Source of the DNA: a virus
Lineage: Duplodnaviria; Caudoviricetes
IMG/VR virus record: IMGVR_UViG_3300032224_000950
Coordinates: 1-62,525 of that record
Strand: one strand, 5' to 3'
DNA: 62,525 nucleotides
Part shown: piece after piece, positions 19,422-28,737 of the stretch
Numbering within the stretch: position 1 is the first letter of the stretch
Layout of the letters: each line of letters starts with the position of its first letter
The notes under the pieces: model-generated
Told to the model about the DNA's origin: nothing
Database searches by the model: none
Seen by the model: only the letters and a program-made list of their open reading frames with translations
Translations under genes and position numbers: made by a program

Positions 19422-20031
19422 TCGATTATTTCATAACAAATACAAATACAAGATAGTCTTAACCTGTGGTGGAGCTTCTTTATTAAGAAATAAAAAGTTC
19501 GATGAGATTTTAGAAAGATTAAATGATATTAAATTTGATGATGCTAAAATCTCTCACTACAGAGGTTCAGTAATTAAGAGCAAAGAAGAATTAGATTGGA
19601 CTTTTAAACTAGTTAATTCATTACAACTAATGAATGATATCGATTTACGAGTAGAGCAACCATGGATTTCAATTTATACAAACATCAAAGGTCATATTGA
19701 TAAACTATCTAAACTTGATAGCACAAAAGTCAAATACATCAGTATGCCCCCTAGTGCAGGCACTCTAGTTGAAAATACTATAATTTCAAGTAAAATTAAC
19801 TTTGAATACCGAATTACTCTGGGTAAAACAACCCATGAACATTCGACTTTTATTAACTGGGCTAACAACAATAAAAAACTCAAGCTAACTAAAAGCTGTA
19901 TCAAAGCACTCAATAGTCCTCGCAGTTGGGGTGGGACTTATTTCTACATTACCGGTGATAATAACCTATTATTAGCTAAAATGCACTTAGGGGAAGCTAT
20001 TAATAGGGTTGATCGCATTGTCAAAGCCTAA
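19402..20031 (+). CDS. Hypothetical protein
   Basis: 209-aa ORF overlapping the clpA end. Confidence 0.7.
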   Translation: MLIKTTNRLFHNKYKYKIVLTCGGASLLRNKKFDEILERLNDIKFDDAKISHYRGSVIKSKEELDWTFKLVNSLQLMNDIDLRVEQPWISIYTNIKGHIDKLSKLDSTKVKYISMPPSAGTLVENTIISSKINFEYRITLGKTTHEHSTFINWANNNKKLKLTKSCIKALNSPRSWGGTYFYITGDNNLLLAKMHLGEAINRVDRIVKA

Positions 20032-20051
20032 CACGTAGATCCATTAAGCGA

Positions 20052-20057
20052 TAAATA
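20052..20057 (+). promoter_or_regulatory. Putative late promoter core heading the internal-protein cluster
   Basis: GATAAATA, overlapping hairpin AATACTCT-aaccgc-AGAGTATT. Confidence 0.55.
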
Positions 20058-20103
20058 CTCTAACCGCAGAGTATTCTGCTGTCTTTCAATTACGGATCAA
20101 AAA

Positions 20104-20475
20104 ATGCGCATACAAGAACTGCTAGAAGGCAAAATTTTCAATGATTTAGACTTTGTTAAACATGGCGAGAATGGCCGTGAGTTAGACTACGATTTAGTAG
20201 AAGATCTAGCATATTTTATGAATCATGATGATGAAGCATATCGCCGTCATACTCATCCTGCTGTAATGCATTGCATTGACAGCATGAAGCATCATATTAA
20301 ACCTAAAGCAGACGTATTTGCGCCTTCTATCAAAGAATGCTATAAAATGTATGTTAAAAAATTCCCGATCCGTGAATTACCGAACGAATTAGACGAAGAG
20401 ACTACTAAACAAATTTGTGATAAGATGCACGAAGACGTTATACAGCACATTGGTGACGGAAAGTACAAGGACTAA
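20104..20475 (+). CDS. Putative capsid-internal protein
   Basis: N-terminus MRIQELLE|G resembles the T4 capsid-targeting sequence. Confidence 0.6.
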   Translation: MRIQELLEGKIFNDLDFVKHGENGRELDYDLVEDLAYFMNHDDEAYRRHTHPAVMHCIDSMKHHIKPKADVFAPSIKECYKMYVKKFPIRELPNELDEETTKQICDKMHEDVIQHIGDGKYKD

Positions 20476-20477
20476 CC

Positions 20478-21638
20478 GTGAGATTACGTGAGCTGTTTAT
20501 TCGTGAGACTGTCGCTACTGCTCAAAAACAACTAGGCAGAGCATTCAACCATCCAGAGCATTTTGTATTCTTTCACGGTGCCGCAGGTACATTAGAAGCA
20601 CTACAGCATTTTGAAGAAGTTGCTGTTGAAAAACCCGGTGCAACTACTGTACGTAAAAAATGGGATGGTAATCCTCAAATCTATTGGGGTAGAGAACATA
20701 AGGGCGGTCCACTTATACTTGCCGGGCATAACGGTTGGAGTCGTGGTGCTAAGACCACTAGTCCAGAAGAAGTAGCTGATTTTATCGCTAACAAGAGCGG
20801 CAAGCCCGGAACACCTGAGCAAGATGCTGAACGTAAACGTTTTGCACAAGAGTTTGCTAGCTTATATCCTATATTCGATCGTGCTACTCCTACAGACTTT
20901 GAGGGATTTGTCTATGCAGACGGGTTATTCCTTAAACGCCCGGCATTGGGTAAAGATGGTGTTTATACATTCTGTCCTAATCCTAATAGTAACACTTGTT
21001 ATCATGTAAGAAGTGACAGCAAGCTAGGTCAGCGTATTGCTAATGCACAGGTCATGGTTACTGGGCATGGATATTTTCCGCACTTTGGAATGCCTGATAA
21101 TCAACAAAAACCCAAAGATGACTTTAGTGAGTTTAATGGCACTGCACCATTAATAGTACAAGGTCCTATTTACAATCCCACTGCACCTCAACATGATATT
21201 AGTGTTATAAAACCTTTAAAAGATTATGTAACCAAGCATGGTCGTGTAATAGATGCGTTTATTAACAGTATTCCGCCAACTGATAAAGAAGGTATTTTTT
21301 ATAAATTTGCCAATGCTATGAGCAAAACTGGTGCATTTGATAGTATTACTAATCAAGGATTCTTCAACTGGCTAGCTGATCCTAAAAATAAGATCAGTAA
21401 CAACAAGCGTATGCACATTGAAGCTATGAGTAAACAGCATCTTGGAGCATTAGATGGGATTTGGCATTTAATGAAGAAGATAAGACACTTAAAAGACCAG
21501 CAACACGGTGCTTTAGAAGCACAGCCTAAGCCGGATATATGGGACACAAACGGTGAGGGCAATGTAAGATATGCCCAGCCAGGAAAGCATAAATATGGTA
21601 ATGTAAAGTTCGTACCTACAAGTTGGACACCTAAATGA
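20478..21638 (+). CDS. Putative ligase-like nucleotidyltransferase (KWDG motif; DUF6267-like), probably virion-packaged
   Basis: GTG start; MRLRELFIRE| leader; TVRKKWDG.P motif; C-terminal GEG.V...VKFV resembling ligase motifs IV/V. Confidence 0.55.
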   Translation: MRLRELFIRETVATAQKQLGRAFNHPEHFVFFHGAAGTLEALQHFEEVAVEKPGATTVRKKWDGNPQIYWGREHKGGPLILAGHNGWSRGAKTTSPEEVADFIANKSGKPGTPEQDAERKRFAQEFASLYPIFDRATPTDFEGFVYADGLFLKRPALGKDGVYTFCPNPNSNTCYHVRSDSKLGQRIANAQVMVTGHGYFPHFGMPDNQQKPKDDFSEFNGTAPLIVQGPIYNPTAPQHDISVIKPLKDYVTKHGRVIDAFINSIPPTDKEGIFYKFANAMSKTGAFDSITNQGFFNWLADPKNKISNNKRMHIEAMSKQHLGALDGIWHLMKKIRHLKDQQHGALEAQPKPDIWDTNGEGNVRYAQPGKHKYGNVKFVPTSWTPK

Positions 21639-22969
21639 AATTAAGACAGTTATTTGAAGCACATAATCACGGAGCGGCCATTATATTTGGACGTTTTAAT
21701 CCGCCACATTTCGGTCATAGTAATGCATGGGATAAAGCCTCAAAGTTTCCAATTTGGTATGTTGGTACGAATCAAAGCACACAAGGTCCTAAAGATCCAT
21801 TGCCGTTTGAAGTCAAAGTAGAAGCTATGAAAACTATTATGCCCGGAATTGAAGGACATTTAGTTGCAGAGCAAAGTTGGTGGACGCTGGCTACTATGGT
21901 TTATAAAAAACATGGTGGAAATATGATCTTACATGTTGTTACTGATCCAACTGATAAAGAAATATTTGTACCAGGATTAAAAGGTTCCAACGGAGTTGAA
22001 GGCCCGCATGGTTACTATAAATTTATAGATGTAGTATGGGAGCCTGCTACTAGAGATAGTACAGCCACAGCCTTACGTGCCGCAGTTGAGCATGATAATC
22101 CAAAAGCGTTTTCTAAAGCCGCAGGCATTGATGCCGATACTATGATCGCAGGAAAACCATTTTTTGAGTTAGTTAAACACTATATGACACCGTACTTACA
22201 TGCGGCAGCAGAAAAAGAAAGATTAAAAGCAGAAAAAGAAAGATTAAAAGCAGAAAAAGAAGCGGCTAAAGCTAATAAAAATAAAGTAATAGCAGAAAAA
22301 AGTACTAGTGAAAAGCAAGCTCGCTTTATGGCCGCTGCCGCTCACGATCCTGCATTTGCCGCACGTACTGGCATTAAGCAAAGCGTAGCTAAAGAATTTA
22401 ATAAGGCAGATACTGGCACTAAGCAGTTGAGCAATGCAATGAAGCATAAAAAGAAAATGGAAGATGCCGCAGGCGTAGGCACTATTGATAAACAAAATTC
22501 AACTGTGGATGTAAATAAAACAACCCCTGCAAAGAATCTACGAGCATTTAATCTAATCAAAGAAACCAATAAAAAAATTAGAGAAAGAAAACGAGCGGTA
22601 GCAGAAGGTGCTAAGGCACACGGTTCATTTATAGGTATCGGTGCTGATGTTGATGCAGCCTTGCCAGGTGTTTGGCTACAGCGTCAATTGCGTAACACTG
22701 ACCCGTATATGCAATACCGTTACGGGCTAGCATTGGCGGCAGCTCGCGCAGATGCAGCCGGCCATGTTGATTTCGAACAAGAAAGTGGTTGGGCAGAAAA
22801 CTTAACAATCGTCGGCTTTACTCCCGAAGATGCAGAAGTAATTAAGATGGCAGACAAATTAATGGGTGTACATGGTACTAGAGTTGCTGACGATAAAAGC
22901 AGAGAAGCCAAAGGTACATCAACTCAAAGTGTAGTTGCCAAACCAAAACGCAACCGATACGGGATATAA
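21635..22969 (+). CDS. HIGH-superfamily cytidylyl/adenylyltransferase-like domain fused to short head-protein modules
   Basis: IIFGRFNPPHFGH, DPLPF..K, SxTxxR-like STATALR; MKLRQLFE| leader. Confidence 0.7.
   Translation: MKLRQLFEAHNHGAAIIFGRFNPPHFGHSNAWDKASKFPIWYVGTNQSTQGPKDPLPFEVKVEAMKTIMPGIEGHLVAEQSWWTLATMVYKKHGGNMILHVVTDPTDKEIFVPGLKGSNGVEGPHGYYKFIDVVWEPATRDSTATALRAAVEHDNPKAFSKAAGIDADTMIAGKPFFELVKHYMTPYLHAAAEKERLKAEKERLKAEKEAAKANKNKVIAEKSTSEKQARFMAAAAHDPAFAARTGIKQSVAKEFNKADTGTKQLSNAMKHKKKMEDAAGVGTIDKQNSTVDVNKTTPAKNLRAFNLIKETNKKIRERKRAVAEGAKAHGSFIGIGADVDAALPGVWLQRQLRNTDPYMQYRYGLALAAARADAAGHVDFEQESGWAENLTIVGFTPEDAEVIKMADKLMGVHGTRVADDKSREAKGTSTQSVVAKPKRNRYGI
22208..22261 (+). repeat. 21-bp tandem repeat (about 2.6 copies) encoding AEKERLK heptads
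   Basis: GCAGAAAAAGAAAGATTAAAA repeated. Confidence 0.9.
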
Positions 22970-22970
22970 T

Positions 22971-23321
22971 ATGCGAGCCAAAGAATTTATCAACGAAGCA
23001 CAAGAGTTATCCAAGGTAGTTCGGCAGGCTGGTATATATGCCAAACGATATGACAATCTCGATCAATACTATGGCATGTATCGATTGGGGTTGGCTATTG
23101 CCGCAGGAGATAGAAACCCACTTGACGGCAAAGGACCTACACGTGATAATCCCACTTTATGGATGTACACACCAGAAGAAGCTGAAATGGTTGCAAAGGC
23201 TGAAAAGCGTCAAGGCGTAAAAGGCACTACTATCATAGGTGATGGGCAAAGTACTGAATTAGATTCAATCAATAAGAAAAGTCCAACTGCGACTCGTAAA
23301 ACAAACAAATATGGTGTATAA
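22971..23321 (+). CDS. Putative capsid-internal protein, paralog of the C-terminal domain of 21635..22969
   Basis: MRAKEFINE|A leader; shared YRxGLAxAA, TPExAE and NxYG(I/V) motifs. Confidence 0.7.
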   Translation: MRAKEFINEAQELSKVVRQAGIYAKRYDNLDQYYGMYRLGLAIAAGDRNPLDGKGPTRDNPTLWMYTPEEAEMVAKAEKRQGVKGTTIIGDGQSTELDSINKKSPTATRKTNKYGV

Positions 23322-23324
23322 AAA

Positions 23325-23765
23325 ATGGATATCAATAAATATCATCTATCATTAAAAACTGCTTTCGCAAGCGAATTTAGTTTTTATCTAAAAACACACA
23401 ACTTCCATTGGAATGTGGAAGGGCCGTTGTTCGGCCAGTTACACAAATTATTCAAGACCATATACAAAGAAGTGTATGGCGCTATTGATCCATTTGCTGA
23501 ACATTTACGTTATCTTGAGTTATATGCTCCGGCTAGTCTGCACAAGTTCAGTATGTTGACCACAGTAGACGACCAAAATGACGTACTAGAGTGGAAACAG
23601 ATGCTAGAAATGTTGCTGGCTGACAGTGAAAAAATGAGTGAGATATTCCGTATCTGTTTTGAAATGGCAGAAGCCAACGGTGATCACGGACTAAGTAATT
23701 TCTTAGCTGATCGTCAAGACGCACATAAAGCTCACAGTTGGATGTTGAGATCCAGTTTAAAATGA
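23325..23765 (+). CDS. dps: Dps/ferritin-like protein
   Basis: HNFHWNVEG..F.QLH.LF...Y......D..AE; C-terminal WMLRS. Confidence 0.9.
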   Translation: MDINKYHLSLKTAFASEFSFYLKTHNFHWNVEGPLFGQLHKLFKTIYKEVYGAIDPFAEHLRYLELYAPASLHKFSMLTTVDDQNDVLEWKQMLEMLLADSEKMSEIFRICFEMAEANGDHGLSNFLADRQDAHKAHSWMLRSSLK

Positions 23766-24055
23766 AACAGTATAGGATCACTACAGAGCACTTAAATCAA
23801 GACAGTCCAGACGACTGCTATCTTGCTCCAGACGATCCTATTAATGAATTGAAAGCTATACAACATCTAGCAGGACTAGGTAGCGATGCAAGACTACACG
23901 AACTTAGGGTTAAACAGGGTAGCAACATCAGCGTAACTGGCAGCGACAAAGGTCGCATACAACGAGAAAAAAATATTAAGGCCGGAACCCCTGAATGGTT
24001 CCAACTGTGGTTTAGCAAGCCATATTTGACAGGCGAAAAGCCAGTGGGAAAATAA
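23762..24055 (+). CDS. Hypothetical protein
   Basis: ATG 23762 overlaps the dps stop; GTPEWFQLWF motif. Confidence 0.7.
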   Translation: MKQYRITTEHLNQDSPDDCYLAPDDPINELKAIQHLAGLGSDARLHELRVKQGSNISVTGSDKGRIQREKNIKAGTPEWFQLWFSKPYLTGEKPVGK

Positions 24056-24056
24056 T

Positions 24057-24632
24057 ATGAAAATGTACGAATTAGATGAAAATTACAATCACGGTCACCC
24101 CGATCCACGTGCTCCACAATTAGGAAGTCACGAAAAACGTGAGTTCAAACGTGCTGAATTACAACACGAATTGGGCCACGAAACTAATAATATTGCCATC
24201 GATATCAATGGTAAAACTTGGAAAGTAGTACCAGGCAAGGGTTATGCTGATAGTCATGAAGAACGTGCATATCTACGTCATATGCAATCATGGGCTGAAA
24301 AGAAATCAGCCAGTTCAGGCAAAAAGTGGTCAGTACACTTGACAGGCGCTGAGCCAACCAATGAAGGCGCACAAAACGCCGCTATCGCCATCGCCAAAAG
24401 AGAGTCAGGAAAGTACACCAAAGACGGTAAGCGTATCAAAGAATCAGCCACAGTAGGTGCTACCAGCAGTGCAAATATTGCTACAGTAGCTAATCCGGAC
24501 CAAGCGTATAACAAAAAATCAGTAAAAAGCGTAAGTGCGCTAGATCAAGACGAAGTTAGCTTGTTCGGTGCACCTATGGAAACAGTTAAAAATACAGCGG
24601 GTAAAAAAGCCGCTATCATCAAAAGACGATAA
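24057..24632 (+). CDS. Putative capsid-internal protein
   Basis: MKMYELDE| leader; internal TNE|G and IKE|S motifs. Confidence 0.6.
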   Translation: MKMYELDENYNHGHPDPRAPQLGSHEKREFKRAELQHELGHETNNIAIDINGKTWKVVPGKGYADSHEERAYLRHMQSWAEKKSASSGKKWSVHLTGAEPTNEGAQNAAIAIAKRESGKYTKDGKRIKESATVGATSSANIATVANPDQAYNKKSVKSVSALDQDEVSLFGAPMETVKNTAGKKAAIIKRR

Positions 24633-24635
24633 ATA
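24630..24635 (+). promoter_or_regulatory. Putative late promoter core (TAAATA)
   Basis: GATAAATA 24 nt upstream of ATG 24660. Confidence 0.55.
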
Positions 24636-24659
24636 TAATAAGATAAACGGAGTATACTC

Positions 24660-26078
24660 ATGCCATTAGAATTAGACCAACCAACACCAGATATGTCACA
24701 ATCAGCCGACCAGCCAATCGGCGCACACGGTCAAATAGATCGAGAAGGCGAAATGGCCAAGCAAGATCTAGAAAAAATCTCAGGATATGCACAAAAGCTA
24801 GATGATAGATTACAAGATACTGATCAGCTAGAAGCTTGGGTACAGAAGAAGATTGCTGTGGCTGCTGAAAACCTAGCTTCAGTATATCACTATCTAGCTT
24901 ATGAAATGACAGTTAATGAATACGCTGAGTACTTGAGAAAAAATGGTCTACTAAGTGAAGGCACGAATCATCCAGCTGTACGTAAGTTGATGGAAGCAAA
25001 AGCCAAGATCAAAGAACTTAAGAAAGCACAAGTTGAAAAGCAAGCTGATAAGAAAGTTGCTGAAGGTATTCTAAGTGGTGGTGAGCGTCCTTGTACAGAA
25101 TGTGGCGGAACAGGTATGGTTTATGAAGAGCCAAAAGCGATTCCAGATCATGTTAAAGGTAAAGTTGGCAAGTATAATACAATGGTTAAGGCTACTAGAG
25201 CCGCTCACAAGCGTATGGAAGAAGAAGGTGAGATGGACGAAGACTTCGGTAGTAGCGACAAAGAAATGAAAGTCGGCGATAAGAAAAAGACTCGTACTGG
25301 TGAATTAACAAAAACATCAACAGGTGTTGTTCATAAGAATACTAGCTATCATGACGATGGCGAAGCTGAAGAAAAATCAGGTAAGGGCATTAAGAGCCAC
25401 GCTAAGTCACAATCAGCCGCAGAAAAGAAAGAAAAAGCTCCAGCACAGAAAAAGTCTAAGACCGGTACTTGGGGAATGGAAAACGGCGAGAAGTTTGACA
25501 ACCGTAAGAAAGAAAAAGAAGTTGATGAAACTTACGGCCGCGGTGTTTATGAAGCTAAAGGTAAATGTTGCTGTGAAGAAAAAGGCAAAGCTAAATGTCC
25601 TGTACATGGTAAGGTTGCAGAATCATCTAAACCAAGTGCAGGATTGAGTGCCGCTAAGAAATCAGCTACAGTTAAGAAAGCTAAAGCAGGTGGCGATATT
25701 GGCAAGCCAGGTAAGGGTTTTAAGAAAGTAGCTGACAAGGCCGCTAAGGAATATGGTAGCAAGGAAGCAGGTGAAAAAGTAGCCGCTGCCGCTATGTGGA
25801 AAAACATCAAAGAAACTACCGCTTACATGGCAGAAAAGAAAGCCGCTGGTAAGAAACCAGAGTGGTTAGAAAAAGCAGAAGTTAAAGCAGAAATTAAATC
25901 AGGACAAAAAGTTAGTCCGGCAGAAGAAAAGAAAGTTGGCATTAAGAAAGAGTCGACTGATCTTACACGTATGCAAGATCAACTAGCACGTTTAAATCGT
26001 AACGAAACTAAAACTACAATCAATGAAAGTAGTGAAGTAAATCGTATCCGTGCATTAGCTAATATGCTTAAAGGCTAA
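24660..26078 (+). CDS. Lys/Glu-rich modular putative head-core/internal protein
   Basis: About 10 (I/L/V/M)-x-E sites; CxxCxGxG and CCC...CPVH motifs; C-terminal INES.EVNRIRAL. Confidence 0.65.
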   Translation: MPLELDQPTPDMSQSADQPIGAHGQIDREGEMAKQDLEKISGYAQKLDDRLQDTDQLEAWVQKKIAVAAENLASVYHYLAYEMTVNEYAEYLRKNGLLSEGTNHPAVRKLMEAKAKIKELKKAQVEKQADKKVAEGILSGGERPCTECGGTGMVYEEPKAIPDHVKGKVGKYNTMVKATRAAHKRMEEEGEMDEDFGSSDKEMKVGDKKKTRTGELTKTSTGVVHKNTSYHDDGEAEEKSGKGIKSHAKSQSAAEKKEKAPAQKKSKTGTWGMENGEKFDNRKKEKEVDETYGRGVYEAKGKCCCEEKGKAKCPVHGKVAESSKPSAGLSAAKKSATVKKAKAGGDIGKPGKGFKKVADKAAKEYGSKEAGEKVAAAAMWKNIKETTAYMAEKKAAGKKPEWLEKAEVKAEIKSGQKVSPAEEKKVGIKKESTDLTRMQDQLARLNRNETKTTINESSEVNRIRALANMLKG

Positions 26079-26082
26079 TACT

Positions 26083-27012
26083 ATGGATTTGACAGTAAAC
26101 GGTTTACATCTATCTGAAGCTATTCTACAAGAGTTTAGCCTAGGCGGCAATGATCAAGACCAACCCCAAGTGAAGGCGTTGAATCAGTTCTTGTTAACTG
26201 CCAAAGAGCCGTGGGACAAGAACTTATATCAGTGGCGTCTCGATCGGTTAAAAGATCAAATTTCAATGGCTGGAGAACCCGGTGCTGGAAATGGGGCTCC
26301 AGTCGATAGTAAAGGCAATTACATTCAAGTGTTACCTAATAGTGAATGGCTTAAAAAGAATACAAGTCTTATCAAAGAGATACCTAATGATTGTTTACCT
26401 CCAGAAATGCGTAAACCAAATATGATGGATAAGGTCAAAGGCGTATTCGGAATGAACGAAGGTGCTGTTGGTGAGTTCGGTGATCCTAGACAACAAGCAG
26501 AACAATTCCTACGATTCAGTTCTGGATTATATGACTCTAGTAAATTGCCAAAAGATATGGTAATTACTCCTACATTAAAATTGGCTCCTACAGCAACACC
26601 TTTCAAACAAGATGTAGATATGAACGACTGGATCATGTCTAATTTAAAAGCAGCCAACGAAAAGTTACCTAAAGAATTACAAGTTACTGATGATAAATTG
26701 AGCCAGATAGGCGGTCTTAGTACATATGTACCACACGCTGATGCTTCGAATTTATCAAACTTACAAGCCCAACTTGCTAGTGCTAAAAGCAAAGGCTACG
26801 GTCCTGAAGTAACTGATACACTACAAGCACAGATTGATTCAATATCTCCACAAGATACAGATACTACATCTCCTCAGCCTTTACCCCAATCAATCGATCC
26901 GAATAATACACCAGATACTATTAGTAACGCTACTAATTCTGAGTCATATAATGCAGTTAACGAAAGTTTGGATCGAATCAAATCTTTAACAAGCCGTGTA
27001 TTAAGAGGTTAA
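26083..27012 (+). CDS. Putative capsid-internal protein
   Basis: C-terminal VNESLDRIKSL resembles the 24660 C-terminus. Confidence 0.6.
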   Translation: MDLTVNGLHLSEAILQEFSLGGNDQDQPQVKALNQFLLTAKEPWDKNLYQWRLDRLKDQISMAGEPGAGNGAPVDSKGNYIQVLPNSEWLKKNTSLIKEIPNDCLPPEMRKPNMMDKVKGVFGMNEGAVGEFGDPRQQAEQFLRFSSGLYDSSKLPKDMVITPTLKLAPTATPFKQDVDMNDWIMSNLKAANEKLPKELQVTDDKLSQIGGLSTYVPHADASNLSNLQAQLASAKSKGYGPEVTDTLQAQIDSISPQDTDTTSPQPLPQSIDPNNTPDTISNATNSESYNAVNESLDRIKSLTSRVLRG

Positions 27013-27016
27013 TACA

Positions 27017-28330
27017 ATGGACATGAAACGTATTCTGCAAGCTATGGATGGAGTTACTAGCAAGCCTGCAGAGGGTGTTGATAGCATGGCCAAGTTTCTT
27101 CGTACAGTAACTGAAGCTGAGATAAATCCACCAACTGCTCAAATACCTGCAATGCCGGATATTACAGGATTGCAAGCTGGTCAACCTAAAGATATGGGCG
27201 ATGGATCAAAAGTTACAGTCAATGCAGATGGGACTGTGTCATACCAAGGCGGTTGGGGCACTTATGTTTATAATGCTCAAGGTCAACATATTAAAACACA
27301 AAGCCCGTCGATGGCTGGTTATAGTCAAGAAACAGATCCAACAGGAAATGTAACTCAACAAAACTACAATCAGGGTCCTATGAATATCCAGAAAGGGCCA
27401 CAGGGTACTACTGCTAATTATCAATTAGGTGCAGACAAGTTACAAACATCTGTACAAGAAGGCATAGATAAGTTTTTGTCCATTGTAAAAAAGAATGATG
27501 TTAGTATTCTTAATGAAGGATCAAACCCACATAAAGTAGCATTGCCTGTACAAATGGCCATGCAACATTATCAACAAGCCGAATTGACTACTAATAACGA
27601 ACCTAGTCTACTTAAAAAATATTTTCACAAAGTAGAAGAAGAAGTTGTAGAAGAAAAAAATTCTAAAACTCAATTAATTCATCAATATGCCAGCACTATT
27701 GCTAAACGTGTGTTAATGAAAGAAAATACTGTTCCTGGGCACAGCATGGGGTTTGAACCAGGGCCGGGTCCTGGTATGGGCGACTACGAAGTAGATGAAA
27801 TGTCTACATGGCTTAAGAATGATCCAGATGGACATACATTAATACCACACGGAGGCATGGGGTCAGGCAAAGAAGAGACTTGGAAAATTGTAAGTACTAA
27901 AAAACTACAACAGGTTATCGATATGATCAATTCTGGAAATTATTCCGGTGCAGAACATACACTATATAAAAATGGTTACCTTGAAGGTGCTATAAAAGCA
28001 CTAGCTCGTTACGAAGAATTTAAAATTAAACAAGGGAAGCGTCCAATTGCCAAGGGTAAAGAAATTGACCTCGGCGAAGGTCCATTTGGAAAAGTTATTA
28101 GCAAATATATAGCTAAGGGATTACCTAGTGAAGTTAAACTAAGTGGCGGACTGTACAATAATCGAGATCAAAAGGTATTCCAACAATTTGGAGTATTTCC
28201 TGATGAAAAAGCCGCCGAAGAATTTATCAGAAGAAATAATATACAAGACCCGATGATCGATCCGATTAAAAAAACTCCAGTTGATCCACAACTTAAATTA
28301 AAATTTGAAGAACTGCTCTCTAAATTTTAA
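27017..28330 (+). CDS. Putative capsid-internal modular protein
   Basis: VTE|A, VQE|G, LNE|G, MKE|N, VDE|M and LGE|G sites delimit segments. Confidence 0.6.
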   Translation: MDMKRILQAMDGVTSKPAEGVDSMAKFLRTVTEAEINPPTAQIPAMPDITGLQAGQPKDMGDGSKVTVNADGTVSYQGGWGTYVYNAQGQHIKTQSPSMAGYSQETDPTGNVTQQNYNQGPMNIQKGPQGTTANYQLGADKLQTSVQEGIDKFLSIVKKNDVSILNEGSNPHKVALPVQMAMQHYQQAELTTNNEPSLLKKYFHKVEEEVVEEKNSKTQLIHQYASTIAKRVLMKENTVPGHSMGFEPGPGPGMGDYEVDEMSTWLKNDPDGHTLIPHGGMGSGKEETWKIVSTKKLQQVIDMINSGNYSGAEHTLYKNGYLEGAIKALARYEEFKIKQGKRPIAKGKEIDLGEGPFGKVISKYIAKGLPSEVKLSGGLYNNRDQKVFQQFGVFPDEKAAEEFIRRNNIQDPMIDPIKKTPVDPQLKLKFEELLSKF

Positions 28331-28353
28331 TCAACCAAATCCAACATAAACGC

Positions 28354-28382
28354 TTGACAATTTATTATATATAATATATAAT
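28354..28382 (+). promoter_or_regulatory. Consensus sigma70 promoter
   Basis: TTGACA(28354)-17 bp-TATAAT(28377); AT-only palindrome 28363-28383 over the -10. Confidence 0.85.
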
Positions 28383-28406
28383 AGGCATGTAACTTAGGAG
28401 ATTTAA

Positions 28407-28664
28407 ATGTCAGGTCGAAATTATGGTCCAGAAGAAAAGGCAAAACTAGAAAGATTAATCAGCGAAGGATCAACTGTTCTTCGTGAAATTGAAGATTTAA
28501 ATGAAGGCTTGAAAGATACAGTTAAGGCAGTAGCAGAAGAATTGCAAATTAAGCCAAGTGTTATTAACCGTGCAATTAAGATTGCACATAAAGGCGATTG
28601 GTCGGCTCATAATGAAGATTGGGCAGAAATTGAAGCTATTTTAGATATCACTAAAAAGATCTAA
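28407..28664 (+). CDS. T4 DsbA-like double-stranded DNA-binding protein
   Basis: 85-aa helical protein with L...I.E......I......KD....V.EEL.I....NR.I...HK pattern recalled from T4 DsbA; AGGAG RBS. Confidence 0.6.
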   Translation: MSGRNYGPEEKAKLERLISEGSTVLREIEDLNEGLKDTVKAVAEELQIKPSVINRAIKIAHKGDWSAHNEDWAEIEAILDITKKI

Positions 28665-28677
28665 TAAGTAGTATATA

Positions 28678-28737
28678 GAAAGGTCAGCGGGCCATAATCC
28701 GCATGAAGGTATTTGTCAGCCTCAAATGATAAAGGAG
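28678..28737 (+). promoter_or_regulatory. Structured leader (two hairpins) abutting the polymerase Shine-Dalgarno
   Basis: GCGGG-ccataa-TCCGC and TTTGTCA-gcctcaaa-TGATAAA immediately before GGAG. Confidence 0.5.

Noticed and set aside
22208-22261. 21-bp repeat as a regulatory or phase-variable element
   Set aside because: In frame and encodes a coiled-coil linker; a copy-number change would not shift the frame
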